Of a stretch of 64,000 nt of DNA, positions 40,177 through 49,000 are shown one piece after another. Both the position numbers and the translations under genes were made by a program. Where the stretch lies: the IMG/VR virus record IMGVR_UViG_3300030673_000004, positions 248,001-312,000 of that record; one strand, written 5' to 3'. The stretch's first letter is position 1, and each line of letters starts with the position of its first letter. The notes under the pieces were generated by a model. That model was not told the origin of the DNA. It saw only the letters and a list, made by a program, of their open reading frames with translations, and ran no database searches.

Positions 40177-40653
40177 ATGATCAATGACGTGCATACGATC
40201 AACGACTTCCACGGTGAGTATTTCTGGTTAAGTAATTTCTACCCGGTAGAAATATTATTAGATGAGCCTTGGCCCTATGCAAGTGTTGAGCATGCGTACA
40301 TGAGCCAGAAATCACGGGATCCTGCGTGGAAACGCTTCTGTCGGGACACGAAGAATGCTGCCGACGTAAAAACCGCTAGCTATAACATACAGCTTCGTGG
40401 TGATTGGGAACATATCAAAGAAGACGTTATGCGTACTTGTTTGGTGCAAAAATTTGGAGTGCCCGAATCTAAACTCCAAGACTTGTTACTGGGCACGGGT
40501 AATAAAACATTGGTTGAAGGAAATACTTGGAAGGATACCTTCTGGGGCGTTGATACTAAAACAGGTATAGGAAAAAACAAACTAGGTACGATGCTGATGG
40601 AAATTCGTAGCCAGCTACTCCACAAAAATGTTATCCTGAGCAAGGATTTGTAA
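40177..40653 (+). CDS. NADAR (YbiA-like) family protein
   Basis: LSNFY, SVEHAY..QK, KF, LL.TG...LVE, D.FWG, G.N.LG..LM.IR. Confidence 0.9.
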   Translation: MINDVHTINDFHGEYFWLSNFYPVEILLDEPWPYASVEHAYMSQKSRDPAWKRFCRDTKNAADVKTASYNIQLRGDWEHIKEDVMRTCLVQKFGVPESKLQDLLLGTGNKTLVEGNTWKDTFWGVDTKTGIGKNKLGTMLMEIRSQLLHKNVILSKDL

Positions 40654-40986
40654 ATGCCAGATAGCCAACAAAAACTTCTCACTGATCTAAAAAGTGAACT
40701 TCGCGAGTTTATCAGACGACAACCCTGCCAACTATGCTACACTACAGGCTACATATTAGGCTATGAAGATGCTATCAATGCAATCCCACCAAGTAGCACA
40801 ATAGACCCAATTGAACTTATTGCACAACTGCACAAGATAGCTACACAAGAGAACGAGGACAACAGCTTGCGGGACTATAAAAGTGGTTACATGGAAGCTT
40901 TAGACGACGCTCTCTATAATATCTGTGACGAAGATGAAGCTAAGTTCAATGATATCTATGCTAAAAACAGTATTGCTGTATCTTAA
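40654..40986 (+). CDS. hypothetical protein
   Basis: adjacent to NADAR stop; two GY..(A/G) motifs. Confidence 0.65.
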   Translation: MPDSQQKLLTDLKSELREFIRRQPCQLCYTTGYILGYEDAINAIPPSSTIDPIELIAQLHKIATQENEDNSLRDYKSGYMEALDDALYNICDEDEAKFNDIYAKNSIAVS

Positions 40987-41018
40987 CCAACCATAGCCAC
41001 CGGGCTACTAATATGTGG

Positions 41019-41311
41019 TCACGCTAACAACCGCTTTTCAACAAGGCTACCTCTCCGATTGAGCATGTCCTTAGCATAGTCGGCATACTTGGGTGAGATT
41101 TCCAAAGATGATTTCCGAAACCAGGAAGCATCCATTATATGCAATTTAGGTTTACGCTGAAGTCTACCGTCTTTTGTAAACATAGGCAGAACCGTAAGCA
41201 CACGCCTGCCCTTAGAGCAAGCCACAGAGTCTAACACAATACCGTGCCATGCAGCTCGATATATGCTCTGTACCATATCGCCAAACTTCGGTTTGTATTG
41301 TATTGTGACAT
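41019..41311 (-). pseudogene. leaderless early gene apparently frameshifted by a 5-nt duplication
   Basis: ATG 41311 is the 7th nt after the -10; removing one GTATT copy (41295-41304) gives MSQYKPKFGD in frame with the ORF. Confidence 0.45.
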
Positions 41312-41317
41312 AAACAT

Positions 41318-41346
41318 AATATACATTAATTTTGAATGTTTGTCCA
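41318..41346 (-). promoter_or_regulatory. sigma70-type promoter
   Basis: TGGACA-17-TATATT with the AAAATTAATG spacer of the cassette family. Confidence 0.75.
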
Positions 41347-41360
41347 GTATATAAATAGAT

Positions 41361-41393
41361 AGAGGCCCGTCTCTTGCTAGGAAACGGGCCTCT
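41361..41393 (-). terminator. terminator hairpin closing the ncRNA
   Basis: AGAGGCCCGT/ACGGGCCTCT stem. Confidence 0.75.
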
Positions 41394-41709
41394 TAACGTA
41401 AGCAGCAGCAACTGTTTCGAGCAGTTCGGACTGCGAGCGTTTCTACAATAGTACCATCACGGATACTGCCGGCATCGCTCCTGCACGCCATGCATAGTCC
41501 CCTCACCTTAGGAACTGGGCTTACGCTAGGTAAAAATTAGTGAGAACTTTCTTTTAATATAACGCAAGCAGCCAAACGATCTCAAGCGGTCGGTTGCTAG
41601 CACATCAGATGCGTTGATTGTCTGGAACTTAACTTGATGTGCATTACTGCTATCAGTATCCAGACCGCACCGTCCCCTTGCGGTAGGCGGATTCGTCAAG
41701 TATTTGACT
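41361..41709 (-). ncRNA. structured ncRNA candidate (~350 nt), family unknown
   Basis: own promoter and terminator, no credible ORF/RBS, many stems and pseudoknots. Confidence 0.7.
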
Positions 41710-41715
41710 GATCTA

Positions 41716-41744
41716 AATATAACATGAAATCTTCTGTATGTCAA
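41716..41744 (-). promoter_or_regulatory. sigma70-type promoter for the ncRNA
   Basis: TTGACA-17-TATATT on - strand. Confidence 0.85.
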
Positions 41745-41788
41745 CTACTTCTTGATGATCCCAGTCAGGATCGTTAAGGAGAAGAACA

Positions 41789-42346
41789 ATGGCTAATACA
41801 ATCGAAGAAGTCAGCGAAACAGAAGTTCCGGAAACAAACTCTACCACAGAAGTTTTGACCGAAGCTCAAGTTATTGCTGAGACTCCCGTTGTCGAGACGG
41901 CGGAGGACTTGCCCATCACAACCAATGACAATATTGTCGTAAAGACAATCGAGTCCGATCCGGCTGTGTATGATGAGGCATTGTTCCATACTGCAATCTT
42001 TTATAAGGCAATCAAGGATCTCACCGATGGTACCCAGGATACCATCGCAATCAATAACTCACAGCAAGGTCACGTTGCCTATCTGCTGAGTCTGGACGCT
42101 TTTACAGCGTTGTCACCAAATGCAACTCAAACATACACCATCACAACAAAGAGTCTGACATGGGCTAAAAACAGCTCTCGTGTTTTCTCTAAGGCTGTGA
42201 AACCTAGTGTTATTTTTGCACTGCAGACTAGATCCCTGCAGACAAACAACATCGGCGGTCACAAAGTATGGACACCGACTACGGTTGCCTACCTAGTCAA
42301 CCCGGCAATCTATGCAGATCTGATTACCCCCACAGTAATCCCATAG
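41789..42346 (+). CDS. hypothetical protein with acidic N-terminus
   Basis: AAGGAG RBS; terminator follows. Confidence 0.8.
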   Translation: MANTIEEVSETEVPETNSTTEVLTEAQVIAETPVVETAEDLPITTNDNIVVKTIESDPAVYDEALFHTAIFYKAIKDLTDGTQDTIAINNSQQGHVAYLLSLDAFTALSPNATQTYTITTKSLTWAKNSSRVFSKAVKPSVIFALQTRSLQTNNIGGHKVWTPTTVAYLVNPAIYADLITPTVIP

Positions 42347-42378
42347 CTGTAATCATAAGCAACCCGTATGAACTTCTT

Positions 42379-42406
42379 AGGGCGAAGGATTTTCCTTCGC
42401 CCTTTT
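42379..42406 (+). terminator. intrinsic terminator
   Basis: AGGGCGAAGG/CCTTCGCCCT plus T-tract. Confidence 0.8.
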
Positions 42407-42422
42407 AGTTTAGGAACGTAGC

Positions 42423-42944
42423 GTGGATTACGAAGCAACACAAGAACTGCTATCTAAATATCGACAGAGCACAAGACCCTCTGTATATTCTGCTACAACC
42501 CAGCAAGAAACTGAAATATCTACTGATTTTGAGGATGAGCTCATACTAATGGACAATAGCGTCAAGCGGTCCTTGATTGAACGTTTACGTAATATAAGCT
42601 CAACAACGACAACAAACACCATAGCCGTTAATCTGTTAACAGATGCAACAGATGCCGATATTGCTGATGAAGAAGATCGTGCATCTGAACTACAATTTAA
42701 GATTGGCGATCTTCAAACATTTGAAAAGAAACTCACAGATACATCCTCTTTAGCTGAAATGACTTCTGTTGTTGGTGTATTAACTAAAAATGCAGGATCT
42801 GCTTTGTTTGAATATGATCAAGCAATCAATAGATCTATTCATAGCTCGCTACTAGCTGATTCAGTATCAAATGAAAATTCATCATATACAAAACAAGAAC
42901 TCAGTTCATGGATAAGTGTCATATCAACATATATAACAGCTTAA
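42423..42944 (+). CDS. hypothetical protein, probably structural
   Basis: AGGA RBS; heads the fibre module. Confidence 0.7.
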   Translation: MDYEATQELLSKYRQSTRPSVYSATTQQETEISTDFEDELILMDNSVKRSLIERLRNISSTTTTNTIAVNLLTDATDADIADEEDRASELQFKIGDLQTFEKKLTDTSSLAEMTSVVGVLTKNAGSALFEYDQAINRSIHSSLLADSVSNENSSYTKQELSSWISVISTYITA

Positions 42945-42960
42945 TAAGGCAGTAAGAAAT

Positions 42961-45105
42961 ATGTCCACCACAAATAACATTGTCTTCTCATCTAAAGTAT
43001 TTGACACAGAAACTACCACAGATACATCTGGAAACAGTACAACATCTGTTGCTCTGACAGAACAATTTGCTGCTGATGATAAGCTATTCAGCCGCGTCTA
43101 TGTTAATAAATACGGTATTGTTACAGGCGGGCGTTTCGCTGAAGATGCTGGACTCCCACCGGATCCTGAATTCACGGGGCATATCGGTTTACGTGTACCT
43201 GCAGGGACTACAGATCAGCGACCTACAAAAGGTACCGCTATAATTAGGTATAACACCGACTTAAACGCCTTTGAAGTATATGAAGCCGGTGCCTGGACAC
43301 AACCATTTGAAGCTACCAACATGGGAGCCGTAACTACAAGCATATTACCAGCAGTACAATCGTCGGAGCTGTTTCAAATTGATGTAGGGAATGTATCGCT
43401 ACCTTTTCGGAGCGGTCAATTTGGTAGAATCGGTTTATCTAGAAAATCTGTACTCCTAGGCTCCGATACAGCAGATGGTGTTCTTGCTAATTACAATAAT
43501 ACACTATATTGGGGTGGCCAACCTCTAGGCAACCAAGGTAATCAGGGTGCTACTGGAGCTCAGGGGAGCCCAGGTAATCAAGGTGTTACCGGAGCTACTG
43601 GAGTTCAAGGTCCGCAAGGATTCGTAGGACCTCAGGGTAGTCAAGGGACAACTGGAGCACAAGGCAACCAAGGGTTTCAGGGTATTGCAGGTTCTCAAGG
43701 TGTAGCAGGAACACAAGGGCCTCAGGGATTTACTGGAGCTCAAGGTACTCAAGGGAACCAAGGTGTAATTGGAGCTCAAGGTACTCAGGGCAACCAAGGG
43801 AATCAAGGATCAGCAGGTACTTTCATAGTCACTACTACACTGTTTGTAGACTGCAACCGAGTAGACACCTATACGGCAACAGGAACATTAAGCTTTCCCT
43901 ATAAAACATTGGCTGCTGCTTTAGCTACTGTTACAGCCGCTACTCAGATAATTATGGCCCCTGGATCATATACTGAATCGGTAGCATCATACCCAGCATA
44001 CCCACTAGTTGTACACGGTAATGGAAGCACCTTAACACTGTCTGTTGCAACCACACTCACTAATAATTATACAGCGTATGACCTTAATGTAGTTGCTGCT
44101 AATGGCGTAACCTATTCTGGTGCGACAGCAACTACTAAATTTATCCTCAGAAATGGTAGTCGCAAAGGACCCTTAGCATTAACAGCAGGTATACTAGACG
44201 CACAGGCATGTACGCAAACATGGAATACTACATCAGATAAAGTTACTGTTAGTGGAACAGGACAATTAATTGAAATAGCTTGTATAAATACGTTGCCAAT
44301 AGTACAAAACAGTACAAGCTCTATTGTTTTTGTAGAAAACTGCAATTGGAATACATCTAGAGATAGCACATACCTAATTGAATCTAGTGCTGGGCAAATT
44401 AGCGTAGCAAATACAGTTGTTGCTAATACATCGGTCACAGCCGGAGGCGGTATCTATATCCATAATGCACAAACGGCAGCAGCCCCTAATGCTGTTGCTA
44501 ACTGTGTTATAGGTGCTGTAACCGCTGTTAATCTCGCATCTGGCGCAACTTTATATAGTAAAGTTGCTACTACAGGCACAGCCACATTAACAACTGCGGC
44601 TGCTGTTCCTGATTTGATCGGTGTATCTGGTCTTGCAGGTAGTCTAACACCAACAGCCGCAAATACATATACAATTGGTACTGTCGCATTAGACCTATCA
44701 GCTATCTACGCTCGCACACATGCAGGTGCCGGTGCAACTACCTTCGGCAGCACCTCGTATGCCACAACCATTACAGGTAGCTCTATTGCTCTTGGACAAG
44801 GACAAATACAAGGCCCCTCGGTATCTCAAGGAACAGCACTTTCATTAGTAGCACTTACACCACCTAACATCTTAGCAACAGCCGCATTTACATTGACGTT
44901 ACCAACCGCGTCGGCAACCTATAAAGGAATGACCTGGCTACTGTCGTCAGCCTCTTATATCATTACATATAGTGGTACATTTAAGTATTCAATAACTAAA
45001 GGTACATGGACAACCATATCAGCATCAACCTATGCTACTACTGCTGGCTATCTGCAGCACTGGATTTACTGTGATGGCAGTACTTGGTTTGTTAATCTAG
45101 ACTAA
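42961..45105 (+). CDS. tail-fibre-like protein with collagen G-X-Y segment and probable beta-helix
   Basis: VPAGTTDQRP..IRYNTD.N.FE.Y motif; G-X-Q/T repeats about 43528-43815; G.LSFPYKTL.AA...G.YTE. Confidence 0.75.
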   Translation: MSTTNNIVFSSKVFDTETTTDTSGNSTTSVALTEQFAADDKLFSRVYVNKYGIVTGGRFAEDAGLPPDPEFTGHIGLRVPAGTTDQRPTKGTAIIRYNTDLNAFEVYEAGAWTQPFEATNMGAVTTSILPAVQSSELFQIDVGNVSLPFRSGQFGRIGLSRKSVLLGSDTADGVLANYNNTLYWGGQPLGNQGNQGATGAQGSPGNQGVTGATGVQGPQGFVGPQGSQGTTGAQGNQGFQGIAGSQGVAGTQGPQGFTGAQGTQGNQGVIGAQGTQGNQGNQGSAGTFIVTTTLFVDCNRVDTYTATGTLSFPYKTLAAALATVTAATQIIMAPGSYTESVASYPAYPLVVHGNGSTLTLSVATTLTNNYTAYDLNVVAANGVTYSGATATTKFILRNGSRKGPLALTAGILDAQACTQTWNTTSDKVTVSGTGQLIEIACINTLPIVQNSTSSIVFVENCNWNTSRDSTYLIESSAGQISVANTVVANTSVTAGGGIYIHNAQTAAAPNAVANCVIGAVTAVNLASGATLYSKVATTGTATLTTAAAVPDLIGVSGLAGSLTPTAANTYTIGTVALDLSAIYARTHAGAGATTFGSTSYATTITGSSIALGQGQIQGPSVSQGTALSLVALTPPNILATAAFTLTLPTASATYKGMTWLLSSASYIITYSGTFKYSITKGTWTTISASTYATTAGYLQHWIYCDGSTWFVNLD

Positions 45106-45129
45106 CCGTAACTAGGGTGGGGGAAATTT

Positions 45130-46035
45130 ATGAAACTTGAATACAAACCACGGCCATTACTTTACTCGGAAGCTGGTGGTGGAATCTATGGCGTTGGTCC
45201 CTGTCGCTATGTACATGAACTTGAACGAGCCTTAAATAAATCTATCTGCGATCTTGCTGACGTATTTATTGGTACATCTATTGGAGGTGTTGATTCAAGT
45301 TTTATGGCTACGGGGCATAGTGGAAGTAATTGTTTACAACTTCATCGAGATAATCAAAAAGCCATATTTGGTGATGAAAACTTATTGTATGAAACAGTAA
45401 AATGCGGTGCTCAGTATGATGACTCGGCCATTGTAGGCATGCTCAAGAAACAACTGGGCAATGCCACCATGGATCAAGCACTAAAACCACTGTATCTAGT
45501 TGCTTGGGATATAATTAAGTGTCAAGTTAGGATATTTGGACCACAAGATAAAGATATTCCTATTTGGTATGCCGCTAGATGCAGTATGGCCGCACCAACA
45601 TACTTCAAAATAATGGACAAACGGTATATAGACGGAGGAGTAGCTGCTAATGACCCAGCCATGCTTGGAATTGCTGCCGCTTACCTGGATGGCTACCTTA
45701 CACCAGACATGCGTGTACTTAATTTAGTTACCTCAGGAGATACACCCGATAAAAGCCCTGTTGATGAAGACGCATTTATACTTACACAAGTAACTGATGA
45801 AATACTACCAGCGCTTACTTCAGGTAACAGCGCAGGTGTTGGTCTAATGCTTAAATTTGTACGCCAATTGATGTCGGATCTTGGTAGAAACATGCAGTTT
45901 TATCGGGTTAACCCAAATAGTCCTGATTATAAATTAGATGCTGTTAGCAAAGCAACGGACATTGAAAATATATGGGCAACCAAATACCAAGAAGATGCTG
46001 TCAGTCTAACCAGCTTTATGGTAACTGATTCCTAA
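45130..46035 (+). CDS. patatin-like phospholipase
   Basis: GGGIYG, GTSIG nucleophile elbow, SMAAPTYF, IDGGV.ANDP. Confidence 0.9.
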   Translation: MKLEYKPRPLLYSEAGGGIYGVGPCRYVHELERALNKSICDLADVFIGTSIGGVDSSFMATGHSGSNCLQLHRDNQKAIFGDENLLYETVKCGAQYDDSAIVGMLKKQLGNATMDQALKPLYLVAWDIIKCQVRIFGPQDKDIPIWYAARCSMAAPTYFKIMDKRYIDGGVAANDPAMLGIAAAYLDGYLTPDMRVLNLVTSGDTPDKSPVDEDAFILTQVTDEILPALTSGNSAGVGLMLKFVRQLMSDLGRNMQFYRVNPNSPDYKLDAVSKATDIENIWATKYQEDAVSLTSFMVTDS

Positions 46036-46092
46036 GTCTAATTAGTTTCGGCAAATAACCTCTGTTTAGACAATGTGCTAATAGAGGAACCA

Positions 46093-49000
46093 ATGCCAAG
46101 AACACATCTACGTGCTGCACAATTAGCTGACGGTGGAACGCAAGGTCAGGCTGTATTAAGAAATGCAGCCGGTGATCTGTACTTCGGTGATGTCGTAACT
46201 GAGGGTATTCAAGGGCCTCAAGGAGATACTGGATCCCAGGGACCGCAAGGTGTTCAAGGTTCAACAGGTGCTACTGGTGCTCAAGGGGCACAAGGGGTAA
46301 CGGGTGCTACCGGGCCTCAAGGTAGCCAAGGAACATCTGGCATAAATGGTTCTATTGGTGCTACTGGTGCTACTGGTGCTCAAGGACCACAAGGCCATAT
46401 AGGTAATACAGGGCTAAAAGGCGATATAGGTGTCCAAGGAGCAACGGGAGCACAAGGGCCTCAAGGAGCTACTGGTATTACGGGTGCGCAAGGAAACCAA
46501 GGTACTATTGGAGCTCAAGGTAGCACAGGTAGCCAAGGCAGCACAGGTGCTACTGGTGCTCAAGGTTCAATAGGGCCTCAAGGTAGCCAAGGTTTAACAG
46601 GTGCAAAAGGTGATATTGGTTCTCAAGGCAACCAGGGTAATCAAGGTGTAATCGGTTTAACGGGAGCACAAGGTGTTCAAGGTGTTCAAGGAACTACCGG
46701 TGCTACTGGCTCTCAAGGAAACCAAGGGTCACAAGGACTAACAGGTAGTGGCTCTCAAGGAGCAACGGGTGCTACCGGACTTCAGGGTAATCAAGGATTC
46801 CAAGGATACTTAGGTAATCAAGGAGCTATTGGTGCTCAGGGAGCTACTGGTTCTCAAGGACTTCAAGGTAGCCAAGGTTTAATCGGAGCGACTGGATCTA
46901 CGGGTGCGCAAGGTACAACAGGTGCTACTGGAGTTCAGGGTAATCAAGGTAATCAGGGTGCTGTTGGAGCACAAGGCTCTCAAGGACATCAGGGTAATCA
47001 AGGATTACAAGGAGCTACAGGGCTTCAAGGTAATCAAGGATTCCAAGGGTTAACGGGTAGTGGAGCGCAAGGTGTACAAGGAGCTACAGGGCTTCAAGGT
47101 AATCAAGGATTCCAAGGGTTAACAGGTAGCGGAACACAAGGAGCTCCGGGTGCTGTTGGTGCTCAAGGGCTTACAGGATCTCAAGGATCTGTCGGCGCTC
47201 AGGGTGTTCAAGGAGCTACCGGTGCTACTGGAGTTCAGGGTAATCAAGGATTCCAGGGTGCTCAAGGAGCTGTTGGTTCTCAGGGTGCCACCGGAGCTGG
47301 CACGCAAGGAGCTACTGGTGCTCAAGGTAATCAAGGTAATCAAGGTGTAATCGGGTTAACTGGTGTTCAAGGTGTTCAAGGAGCAACAGGTAGCCAAGGG
47401 CATCAGGGATTCCAAGGATTCCAAGGATTCCAAGGATTCCAGGGTGTTACGGGCGCTGGTGTTCAAGGAGCTACCGGAGCTCAAGGTACTCAGGGCAACC
47501 AAGGATTCCAGGGTGTTATTGGTTCTCAGGGTGTTCAAGGAACAACTGGATCTACGGGTGCTCAAGGATTACAGGGGAACCAAGGTAATCAAGGTGTAAT
47601 CGGAGCTCAAGGATCTATGGGGTTACAAGGATCTACCGGAGCTACTGGTGCGCAAGGAACACAAGGAACAACCGGATTTACAGGTGCTCAAGGAAATCAA
47701 GGACCTCAAGGTGTAATCGGTGCGACGGGAGCTCAAGGTACTCAGGGCAACCAAGGATTCCAGGGTGTTATTGGTTCTCAGGGTAATCAAGGTAATCAGG
47801 GTGTTCAAGGAGCTACTGGAGCAGGAACACAAGGTGTGCAAGGAACAACTGGATCTACGGGTGCGCAAGGAAATCAAGGTACACAAGGTGCTACTGGTGC
47901 TCAAGGAACACAAGGAAGTACAGGAGCTACGGGTGCGCAAGGTACTGTTGGTGCTACTGGATCTCAGGGAAACCAAGGATTCCAAGGTGTTACTGGGGCC
48001 ACGGGAGTACAAGGTGCTCAGGGTACTATAGGCGTTACGGGTTCTCAAGGATTACAAGGTAATCAAGGAAACCAGGGTACCATCGGTGCAACAGGTGCTC
48101 AAGGAGCTACTGGACTTCAGGGTACTATTGGAGCACAAGGTGCTACTGGTGCTCAAGGAAATCCAGGTAGTCAGGGATCCCAAGGACTAACAGGTAGTGG
48201 AGCACAGGGTGTCCAAGGAGCTACCGGAGCACAAGGTAATCAAGGTGCTACGGGTGCGCAAGGTAATCAAGGTGCTACGGGTGCGCAAGGTACAACAGGT
48301 ACGGCTGGTAATCAAGGTACTACTGGACTTCAGGGTAATCAAGGAAACCAGGGTGCTGCTGGTGATCAAGGCACACAGGGACATCAGGGTACCGTCGGCG
48401 CGACCGGAGCACAAGGTAGCCAAGGACTTACAGGCTCTCAGGGTGCAACTGGATCTACCGGAGCACAAGGTGCAACAGGTGCTCAAGGTGCTACTGGTGC
48501 TCAAGGAAATCCAGGTAGTCAGGGATCCCAAGGACTAACAGGTAGTGGCGCTCAAGGAGCTCAGGGTAACCAAGGAGCACAAGGAATAGCTGCCGTTGGG
48601 ACTATCTATTACCTACACAATACAGCGTCAGACGTAACACCTTACTTAACACTAACACGTACAACACCAGTAGCAAGTGAAACAACAGCAACTTCAACAT
48701 TAGCAACAACAAATACCGATGTAGCTATAGCCGCATTTATATCAACAGCAGGTGATCCAAATATCACAATGATACCTGCAGGTATGCTACAAGCACAGTT
48801 GTATCTATCTGTATCAAATATAGATAGTAATACAACATCACAAATTTCATTCTATAAACGATCAACTGATTCTAGCGAGACACTGTTATTTAGTGCAACA
48901 TCTAACGATATAAATGCAACTACGGCTACATTGTATACACTACAAGCTGTAGTATCCTCTGATATAGTATTGGCTACATCGGATCGACTACTCATAAAAA

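Noticed and set aside
41361-41709. tmRNA, RNase P, SRP or 6S identity for the ~350-nt RNA
   Set aside because: No tRNA-like ends or CCA, no tag ORF ending AA-stop, no GAGGAAAGUCC, and it is too long and branched for 6S
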